Notes under the pieces: model-generated | The model's input: the letters and a program-made list of their open reading frames with translations, nothing else | Databases searched by the model: none | What the model was told of the DNA's origin: nothing | Shown: positions 25,456 to 32,958 of the stretch, piece after piece | How positions within the stretch are numbered: the first letter of the stretch is position 1 | How the letters are laid out: each line of letters begins with the position of its first letter | From: an uncultured virus (IMG/VR IMGVR_UViG_3300023174_000066) | Lineage: Duplodnaviria > Heunggongvirae > Uroviricota > Caudoviricetes | DNA length: 64,000 nucleotides | Direction: 5' to 3' (one strand) | IMG/VR virus record: IMGVR_UViG_3300023174_000066 | Position numbers and translations under genes: made by a program

Positions 25456-27191
25456 TGAAGGTAGCAGTTTATACAATTGCATTAAATGAAGAGCAATTTG
25501 TAGAGCGCTGGTACGAGTCTGCTAAAGATGCAGACTACTTGCTAATTGCGGACACAGGATCAAATGATAAGACTACAGAACTTGCAAAAAAATTCGGTAT
25601 TAACGTCATTGATATCAGTGTTAAACCTTGGCGCTTTGATGATGCTAGGAATGCTGCTCTCGCTGCTCTACCTTCTGACGTGGACTATTGTATTTCTCTT
25701 GATATGGACGAGCTCCTTGCTCCAGGCTGGCGTAAAGAGCTTGAAAAAGCTTACAAAAATAAAACAACTAGACCTCGTTATCGTTACATTTGGAATTTTA
25801 ATTATGACGGCACTCCTGGTATTGAATTTGGTGGTGATCACATCCACGCTAGGCACAACTACCGTTGGAAGACCCCGGTACATGAGATACTTGTCCCAGA
25901 CAGAATTGAAGAGACCGTTAGCTGGATTGATTTAGAAATTCACCACAAAGCCGACGCATCAAAATCTCGAGGTCAGTATTTGCCTCTGTTAAAACTTTCA
26001 GTAGATGAAGACCCCCACAACGATAGAAATGCTTTTTACTACGCTCGAGAATTATTTTTTTATAGTATGTATGAAGAAGCGGCTGTAGAATTTAAGCGTC
26101 ACCTAAACCTACCATCAGCTAGGTGGGGAGCAGAGAGGGCCGCATCCTACCGGTACCTAGCCAAGTGCGAACCAGACAATGCAGAAAGCCACTTAAACAA
26201 TGCCATCTCAGAGGACCCGCAACGCAGAGAAGCTAGAGTAGAGCTTGCAAAATATTATTACGAGCAGGAAGAATGGTCTTTGTGCTATACCCAAGCAATT
26301 GCAGCGCTGGGGACCAAAGAAAAACCAATGGACTATCTTTGTGAAGATTTTGCATGGCAGTGGCTGCCGCATGACCTTGCTTGCATTTCTTCGTGGTGGC
26401 TTGGTAAGCGTAAAGAAGCATTGGATTATGAACTAGAAGCACTAAGGCACGCGCCAAATGATAGACGAATGATGGATAACTTTAAGCTAATGGTTAGAGA
26501 AGTACACAACGAAAAGATTACGGTAGCAATACCTAGCAAGTCTAATATTGATGGCGCACTTAAAGTCATTGAGTCTTTAAAACAAGACAAGCAAGTTGCG
26601 GAAATTGTGCTGATTGCAGACGGTGAAGAGTCTTACAAGAATTACAAAAAACTTTTAGCTAAGTCTGGCGTAACTCTTATTTATGCAGAAGAAGAGTCCG
26701 GTATTCATGTAATGTGGAATGCAGGAATTGGCATTGCAAGAAAAAACAAAACAGCGCTACTACTAGTTAATGACGATCTAGAACTTGATGAAGGCACTGC
26801 AGGAACTCTTGCATCGCTACTTGACTACAACAAGAACATTAGCCTGTTATCGGCAGGATACGACTCTAAACCGTTTAATACGCCCATATATAAAGTAGTC
26901 AGCAACGCTAGAGGCTGGTACAAGCAGGATGAGGGCCTCGCTGGTTGCTGCATGGCTCTGTCAGCAGACCTAGTTCAAGTCTATAACTTTGATGAAAATC
27001 TTAAGTGGTGGTTTGGAGATGACGACATTGTCAACTGGTGCGAAGACAACGCCTACGGGGTGGGAGTCACCAATCTTGTGGAGTATCAGGATAACACGTC
27101 ATATACAACACTCAATGATCCACCTAAAAATTTTAAAAAGATTACTGAAAACGACCGAAAAACTTTTGAGAAGAAGTGGAGCATAAAATGA
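25455..27191 (+). CDS. GT2 + TPR + second GT-A domain glycosyltransferase
   Basis: IALNEE, DTGSND.T, FDDARNAAL, LDMDE, VHE; TPR-like helices; C-terminal NDD...WWFGDDD. Confidence 0.88.
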   Translation: MKVAVYTIALNEEQFVERWYESAKDADYLLIADTGSNDKTTELAKKFGINVIDISVKPWRFDDARNAALAALPSDVDYCISLDMDELLAPGWRKELEKAYKNKTTRPRYRYIWNFNYDGTPGIEFGGDHIHARHNYRWKTPVHEILVPDRIEETVSWIDLEIHHKADASKSRGQYLPLLKLSVDEDPHNDRNAFYYARELFFYSMYEEAAVEFKRHLNLPSARWGAERAASYRYLAKCEPDNAESHLNNAISEDPQRREARVELAKYYYEQEEWSLCYTQAIAALGTKEKPMDYLCEDFAWQWLPHDLACISSWWLGKRKEALDYELEALRHAPNDRRMMDNFKLMVREVHNEKITVAIPSKSNIDGALKVIESLKQDKQVAEIVLIADGEESYKNYKKLLAKSGVTLIYAEEESGIHVMWNAGIGIARKNKTALLLVNDDLELDEGTAGTLASLLDYNKNISLLSAGYDSKPFNTPIYKVVSNARGWYKQDEGLAGCCMALSADLVQVYNFDENLKWWFGDDDIVNWCEDNAYGVGVTNLVEYQDNTSYTTLNDPPKNFKKITENDRKTFEKKWSIK

Positions 27192-27973
27192 CCAAAGAAC
27201 TAGTAGATATTTTTATTCAGGATCTTGAGCTAGATTCCAGTGATCAGCGGGCACTTGTCTCGTTAAAAGTTGCACTTCTAAAAACATATAACGAAAAAGT
27301 AACTGCAATCATTCCCAGCAAGTCCAACACCGGTGGGCTAATTACAGTAGTCGAGTCGCTAATGACTGACCCTGCGGTTGAGCAAATTGTTGTAGTAGCA
27401 GATGGAAATGCAGCACTTGAGCGCTATAGAGAGCTTATGTATCAATATCCAAAAGTATTGCTTACGCATGTCAGACTTGGCTCTGGGATCCACGTGATGT
27501 GGAACGTAGGATTAAATATTGCTCGAGGCCACGGCAATACCCCTATTTTTATCAACGACGACATTGTTCCCGGGCCAAACTCTTGCGGACTTCTAGCTGC
27601 ACTTTTAGCTCATAATAGTGAATACGGAGTAGTCTGCCCAGACTATGACGGAAGAGTTTTTACCGAATTAGTCCATCCTGTCTCTGAAGTCTGTGGAGCT
27701 CGCTATGACGGAACCGGCGGTCTTGGTGGGTTCTTTATGGCATTAAATAAAGACCTGGCTAAAGAGTTTTCTTTTGATGAAAGAATGAAGTGGTATTACG
27801 GTGACGACGACGTTATGCGTTGGTGTAGGTCAAAAGGTCGCATTGCTGGAATTGCAAGAGTGGCAACTTGCAGAGGAAACACTTCGTTCACAATTATTCA
27901 CGATCGACCAGAGAATTTTAACGAAGATACAATGAATGACGAAAGAATCTTTAGAGCAAAGTGGGGACTTTAG
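27188..27973 (+). CDS. GT-A glycosyltransferase, paralog of the upstream C-terminal domain
   Basis: NEKVTAIIPSKSN, GIHVMWN, NDD, FDE.MKWYYGDDD. Confidence 0.8.
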   Translation: MTKELVDIFIQDLELDSSDQRALVSLKVALLKTYNEKVTAIIPSKSNTGGLITVVESLMTDPAVEQIVVVADGNAALERYRELMYQYPKVLLTHVRLGSGIHVMWNVGLNIARGHGNTPIFINDDIVPGPNSCGLLAALLAHNSEYGVVCPDYDGRVFTELVHPVSEVCGARYDGTGGLGGFFMALNKDLAKEFSFDERMKWYYGDDDVMRWCRSKGRIAGIARVATCRGNTSFTIIHDRPENFNEDTMNDERIFRAKWGL

Positions 27974-27978
27974 GAACC

Positions 27979-28506
27979 TTAAAGAGTTTCTTTGTCTTTA
28001 GCTATTTTTGCAATTCTTGCGGCTTCAGCTTCTTTTTTCAACTTCTTTTCAGCAACTATGTTGTGGTAAGCATTTACGGCATTTGAGCTTGTGCGACTTC
28101 TCCAAACGAACTGACACTCATTGCACCTAACAAGACGCACTGTTGTCCACCGACCGCCATCCGGATTTTCCGCAATATACGGCTCTAAACTTTTAGTCGT
28201 GGCCCCGCAGTTTAAACATTGGGGATATCTATCTCTACGAATCTCTGCTCCGTCAGAGTTTACAGAAAGAGTTCTACGAATCTGGTGCTCATCTTTACCG
28301 CCCCAGATTCCCCAGATCATATTATTTTCTAGGGCCCACTTAGTACACTCTTTACGCACTGGGCATGCTGCACAAATACCTTTAGCAACAGATTTTTCTT
28401 TCGAGTCTTCAGAGAAGAAAAAGTCTTGAGCGCCTCTGTTTTCTTTCTTAGCGCACTCTCCGTCTACTTGCCAGTCCTGGCTCTTGCTTGGCTCCCAATC
28501 AGTCAC
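27979..28506 (-). CDS. whiB: WhiB-family transcription factor with a C-terminal zinc ribbon
   Basis: WQVDGEC...FFS...AKGICAACPVRKEC..WAL....GIWGG; extra CLNC...CNEC; probable GTG start. Confidence 0.9.
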   Translation of the reverse strand: MTDWEPSKSQDWQVDGECAKKENRGAQDFFFSEDSKEKSVAKGICAACPVRKECTKWALENNMIWGIWGGKDEHQIRRTLSVNSDGAEIRRDRYPQCLNCGATTKSLEPYIAENPDGGRWTTVRLVRCNECQFVWRSRTSSNAVNAYHNIVAEKKLKKEAEAARIAKIAKDKETL

Positions 28507-28843
28507 AAAGCTCCACCCATGTGACCTCAAAAATGTTGTCTACTATTTCTCCATAGTAGGTATTACCATCTTTATCACATAGGGAGAGATGTCTTTCATC
28601 ATCAATAAATCCGCAATAGCCTGTTGTGACAATCCCAGACTCAGCCAGTCTGAATGCAGCCCCTAGAGAGTCAACAGAGCCGTCTCTTTGTAGTGACGAT
28701 GCTAGCGCTCGCCTCACAATTTCATTTTCTAGGTCAATATGACCATGCGTGAAAAATATAATAGAAGAGGGCCTGGCGGGGATAAATCCCTCACCAGACC
28801 ACTCAATCCAAAGGCTTTCGCCAGCTCTAGAGTATTTTACCAT
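28499..28843 (-). CDS. Hypothetical protein
   Basis: 114-aa ORF in operon context. Confidence 0.7.
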   Translation of the reverse strand: MVKYSRAGESLWIEWSGEGFIPARPSSIIFFTHGHIDLENEIVRRALASSLQRDGSVDSLGAAFRLAESGIVTTGYCGFIDDERHLSLCDKDGNTYYGEIVDNIFEVTWVELCD

Positions 28844-28901
28844 TACGACCTTATGCGTTCAAGGTCTATTTTATCATAAAATATCTAAATTTTTGTTGTT
28901 T

Positions 28902-29117
28902 TTATGCGTCACTCATGTTCATAAGCTTTACGTAAAAAACTCCTTCATACAGATAGTCTGTGCTGTCAGATTCTTCTACATTAGCTTCAATATTAAATTT
29001 TGAAAGATCGACTAAATCTTCAGTGTTGTATAAATTTGAAATAGCAATCTGTACTTTTTTAATAAGTTCGTCCATGCTATTTGCGTTGTAAGAAAGTTTC
29101 AACGTTCCTCTAAGCAT
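28902..29117 (-). CDS. Hypothetical protein
   Basis: TAATG coupling to the upstream gene. Confidence 0.65.
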   Translation of the reverse strand: MLRGTLKLSYNANSMDELIKKVQIAISNLYNTEDLVDLSKFNIEANVEESDSTDYLYEGVFYVKLMNMSDA

Positions 29118-29539
29118 TATCGAACTCTTTTCTGTAGACTTTCGGGGCGGTAGTGAACACCATCAAGGAAGGGCTCTTTCTCATCAGTAGACTTAAAGAT
29201 GATGTCTCCTGAACGAATTGCAGCAACGATTCCTCGACGTCCATTGTGGATTTGACCAGTGCTGTCTGAGAAAGCGTCGTGACGAACACGAACAATGTCT
29301 CCCACATTTACTTGACCCCGTTGAGAATCAATCCACACTTCTTCCGTATTGATTGTTACAAGAGAGTGGCCCAAGCCTACTTGGCTAAAAATATCCAAAA
29401 TTTGTTTAGACTGCTCTTCGGGAACATCAATTTCTTCCCATGTCTTGAGAAGAGCTAGTACAGCTTTTCCAGTGCCGACTCGTACCTTTGCATCGGCAAA
29501 CTGCTGCTTAACCCACTCATAATTTATTTTTCTTGCCAT
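29117..29539 (-). CDS. Hypothetical protein with an SH3/KOW-like C terminus
   Basis: VGDIVRVR....HNGRRG.V.AIRSGDI; AAGGA RBS. Confidence 0.7.
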   Translation of the reverse strand: MARKINYEWVKQQFADAKVRVGTGKAVLALLKTWEEIDVPEEQSKQILDIFSQVGLGHSLVTINTEEVWIDSQRGQVNVGDIVRVRHDAFSDSTGQIHNGRRGIVAAIRSGDIIFKSTDEKEPFLDGVHYRPESLQKRVR

Positions 29540-30564
29540 TGGTTTCCTTCTTTCTTGGAGAGATTTAGCAAACTCTCCAGAGATTTTAGTGCTTCTTGTT
29601 TTTCAGGAATACTGTTTAGGTATTCAAGTTTTTGGCTAATAGAGAGCTTCAGACGCTGCTCAGGGGGCATAGCTTCGATTGTGGGAGCCAAATGAGACCA
29701 TGCTGGCCCAATTAGTGATGTAGTACTCCAGTCCGTATATACGGGCGTAGAGGCGTTTAGAGCCTGTATGTAGCGATATGTCCACCAAGTTTTATCGCCT
29801 TTTACAACCGAAACAAGTGCGCATGCAGACTTAGAAATTTGATCAAAAACATGCACATCATTGTTCCCCTTGGACCAACGAAGCGGAGATATTGGAAGCG
29901 AGAGCATTGAAATAAGCTTCTTAGTTTCCCGGTGTTTGAGGTCGTCAGCGCACCACTTTTCCGACTTTTCAACAAATAAAAGGTCGTTAGAGATTAAGTG
30001 TGAGTCTAAATTCACACCAAAAAGGCTGTCTCCAATGGTGGACGGAAGACTGCTTTTTACCTGGTCTTGTGGTGTCCAAGGGAGGCTTGGGTATATAGTA
30101 GTAGGCCATTGCTCATCGTTTAGACGACTAATTGCTGACCGAAGCCTGTCTTGCATAGCTTGGTTTGTCACAACGTGCTCAAAACCTTTTCTATACGAGT
30201 AGAAGCTTTTTACTAAATTTTTAGGGTTATTGTGGATTGCTTTAATGCTCACAGGAATTTGATTAGTTCCCGGGGCATCAATAAATAGCTTGAGTTTTGG
30301 ATCTTTCCACAACATATCAATAATACGAAGGGCACCGTACACTCTGTTAGAAGCAAGACTTGTGAGAGGACCGACTCCTACAAGTACGCAATCATACTCC
30401 TCTAGGTGGTGGTCAAAGATTTCAAAAGTTGGGTCTTCCCAAGTAACTTCGTGTCCTGCTTCAGTAAGAACTTTATCGAGAACTCCAGCGAAACTTAATG
30501 TACGCGAGTTATTACGACGTGACGCTTGAGGGGCAGTCATCCCTGTCAAAAAAATTTTAGCCAT
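29524..30564 (-). CDS. Hypothetical protein, possibly a GT-B-like enzyme
   Basis: N-terminal KIFLTGM...LTEAGHEVTW...YDCVLVG Rossmann-like start; WWTYRY.QAL. Confidence 0.45.
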   Translation of the reverse strand: MAKIFLTGMTAPQASRRNNSRTLSFAGVLDKVLTEAGHEVTWEDPTFEIFDHHLEEYDCVLVGVGPLTSLASNRVYGALRIIDMLWKDPKLKLFIDAPGTNQIPVSIKAIHNNPKNLVKSFYSYRKGFEHVVTNQAMQDRLRSAISRLNDEQWPTTIYPSLPWTPQDQVKSSLPSTIGDSLFGVNLDSHLISNDLLFVEKSEKWCADDLKHRETKKLISMLSLPISPLRWSKGNNDVHVFDQISKSACALVSVVKGDKTWWTYRYIQALNASTPVYTDWSTTSLIGPAWSHLAPTIEAMPPEQRLKLSISQKLEYLNSIPEKQEALKSLESLLNLSKKEGNQWQEK

Positions 30565-30623
30565 GTTGTCTTTTTCTGTGTGTGTGGGGTGCCGTCCGAA
30601 GACGACACCCCCATTTTTCCGTA

Positions 30624-31202
30624 TTAGAACGGAGCTACTGCAGGGGCAGCAACTGGTGCAGGTGCAACCACGGGGGGTGCAAATGCAGGCGCGGGTGCGG
30701 GAGCAGGCGCAGGAGCAGGAGCGGCCACAGGAGCTGCTACAAATGCCTCCGCAACAGGTGCAGTAGCTACAGGAGCAGCAGCTACACCAGGAGCGGTGAC
30801 GTAGTATCGGTTGATCTTGTTCTTGCGGTTGCCCTGGTAGACTTCCGAAGCAATCTGAGCACGGAAGGTACGACCCTGAAGGGTTGCCTCGATCTGGGCG
30901 TTGCTGGGGTTGTTGGTCGTGAAGAACTCACGAGGGATGCCCAAGGCTGCCATCTTCGAGAAAAAGATACCAAGAGCGTTCTTGTTCTCAGGTGAGATGG
31001 TGATGTTGTCCCAGATGAGACGGTTGGCGTGGGGTCCAGACTGGACCTGCGCCTTGACTGCGAACATGGTCTTGCCAGTGCTCGTGGTCTTTGCGGGTGC
31101 CTCAACAATCTTGAGGTCGTAATCGCCGTCAGGAAGCGGCTCGTAGCTACCGGAACCTTCGCCGGCGTCTTTGACCAAATCGGCCCAATTGAGTGAACTC
31201 AT
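30624..31202 (-). CDS. DUF669-family ssDNA-binding protein with an Ala/Pro tail
   Basis: YEPLPDGDY, GKTMF, G.HANR.IWDN; PAPA tail ending PF; follows the Sak4-like ATPase. Confidence 0.8.
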   Translation of the reverse strand: MSSLNWADLVKDAGEGSGSYEPLPDGDYDLKIVEAPAKTTSTGKTMFAVKAQVQSGPHANRLIWDNITISPENKNALGIFFSKMAALGIPREFFTTNNPSNAQIEATLQGRTFRAQIASEVYQGNRKNKINRYYVTAPGVAAAPVATAPVAEAFVAAPVAAPAPAPAPAPAPAFAPPVVAPAPVAAPAVAPF

Positions 31203-31238
31203 GTTTTTTTGTTTTCCTTAATCTAGAGGTGGTGAAGT

Positions 31239-31997
31239 CTAGGACTTCGGTGTTTCGGTACGCGTACCGAAGATCATGTCGAGCATACGCTCAATTCCAA
31301 GGTTTTCCTGCTCAACAATCGAGCCAAGTCTTCCTTGAACACGCTCCCCGGCTTCAACTTCTTCAGTACGTTCTACGTACATCCGGCGTGCCCGATAAGG
31401 CAAACCAGTCGGATCGGGGTTTTGGATGTTCTCAATAGCAATGTACCCAAGAACATCGTAAAAGTATGGTGCCTGAACTGCAAGTTGTCCTTGCAGATAT
31501 GGGTGCATACGATTATCCTGTCCTCGACGTGCCATTGCCGTCAAGACCACAGCCTCAAGAGGCTGCGTGGGGTGCATCGTGAGATCGCGGAGGTCACGAA
31601 GAAGCGCACCCATGTGGCGAAGAAGTTCGCCCCACTGCTGCATTTTCATCTGTTCCGTACCTGCGATGTTGTCCATGCACTTAACCTGGAGCTCCGAGAT
31701 GGAGTCAATGATCAAGGACTTGAACTGGTGCTTGCCGCTCTGAAGCCACTGAAATGCCTTCATAACGACGTCATAGTCACGAACCTGGACTACAACTGTG
31801 TCCCACGTACCGTCCGCCATTGGCGGCTCCTCACGCATGGGGTCCCAGTACTTTACGTTGATTGGAAGGAAGCGGTGGCCACCCTCCACATCAAGCATGA
31901 GACGAGGATATGGTGCTGTGACAGCAAAAGACGACTTACCGACTTTCGACTCGCCATAAACCATAAGAGTTAATGATCGCTGTACTTCAGACATCAC
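31239..31997 (-). CDS. AAA_24/Sak4-like ATPase
   Basis: YGESKVGKS, LDVEGG, IIDSISE, WG. Confidence 0.85.
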   Translation of the reverse strand: MMSEVQRSLTLMVYGESKVGKSSFAVTAPYPRLMLDVEGGHRFLPINVKYWDPMREEPPMADGTWDTVVVQVRDYDVVMKAFQWLQSGKHQFKSLIIDSISELQVKCMDNIAGTEQMKMQQWGELLRHMGALLRDLRDLTMHPTQPLEAVVLTAMARRGQDNRMHPYLQGQLAVQAPYFYDVLGYIAIENIQNPDPTGLPYRARRMYVERTEEVEAGERVQGRLGSIVEQENLGIERMLDMIFGTRTETPKS

Positions 31998-32956
31998 TCA
32001 CTTCCCTTCTTCTCTTCATCTTTTCCGTAGTAACCGTACGGGTCAGAAACCTCGTACATCTCACTGATTGCTGCTTCGGCGGCGCTTCCGTCGTCGATTA
32101 GTGGGCAAATCGTGTAAAACTGACACTTCCACTTGCAGTCCTTTGTGGGACGTGGGTAAGCCACGAAGTTTGGGTCAGCCCCCTCATCAAGTGCCTTTTT
32201 GACACCAATAAGATCACTAATTGCTCCGTGAATACGCTGCCAAAAAGCTCGCATTGTAAACACGTTGTGTCGTACTTCAATCTGCTCGTAGAAAGGTGGA
32301 CGTGCGTTAGCCGTACGCTTTACTTTCTTGAGCAGCGTGAAGATACCACCTTCGGAACGTTCGCTCGGATCTGTATTCTGAGCATGCTCCAAAAGCATGT
32401 AGGTGAGGATTTGCTCGTTCATCTGAGCCTGACTTGCAAAGTCAGAGAACGACCCACCTACGGTCTTGAAGTCGCGGAACATACGAACGCCATCATTCTT
32501 ACGGCGAACTCGCATATCCAGCTTCCCCTGAAGAATTACTTCGCCATTGAACAATGGCATTGAAATAATTTCTTCGTTGGAGATCTTATCAAGATTAGAG
32601 TCGATACCCTCTTCGTCCATCCACTGGAGGTAGCCTTCCAGCATGATACGACCAAGTTCGGCTTCTGCCTCAAGTGCAGAGGTGTCACGGAATTCAGCAA
32701 CAAGCGTGTCCATGTCCTTATTCACAAGAGCCGTGTGCGCGTCGAGCAAGTCGATGACACCGTCCGAAGAGTAGTACTGATCCAAAGCCTCATGGATACG
32801 TGAACCAAGAGCAAGAGCTCCCGTGTAGTCCTTCTTCTTTGGCATGAGACGTCGGTAGTAGTTAAGCCACCACTTACGTCGACAATCCTTAAACACCTGG
32901 ATCTCCGAGTTGGAAAGGGTGTACGGCATTCCGCCGTTTGTTATTCCTTCAGTCAT
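31994..32956 (-). CDS. Cas4/RecB-like PD-(D/E)xK exonuclease
   Basis: SNSEI..F.DCRRKW, GSRIH, GKLD...DFKT, Q...Y, C.WKCQF..IC. Confidence 0.88.
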   Translation of the reverse strand: MTEGITNGGMPYTLSNSEIQVFKDCRRKWWLNYYRRLMPKKKDYTGALALGSRIHEALDQYYSSDGVIDLLDAHTALVNKDMDTLVAEFRDTSALEAEAELGRIMLEGYLQWMDEEGIDSNLDKISNEEIISMPLFNGEVILQGKLDMRVRRKNDGVRMFRDFKTVGGSFSDFASQAQMNEQILTYMLLEHAQNTDPSERSEGGIFTLLKKVKRTANARPPFYEQIEVRHNVFTMRAFWQRIHGAISDLIGVKKALDEGADPNFVAYPRPTKDCKWKCQFYTICPLIDDGSAAEAAISEMYEVSDPYGYYGKDEEKKGSE

Positions 32957-32958
32957 GT

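Noticed and set aside
31994..32956. Cas4-like gene as evidence of CRISPR-Cas
   Set aside because: Stand-alone phage exonuclease in the Sak4/SSB recombination module; no array or other cas genes.
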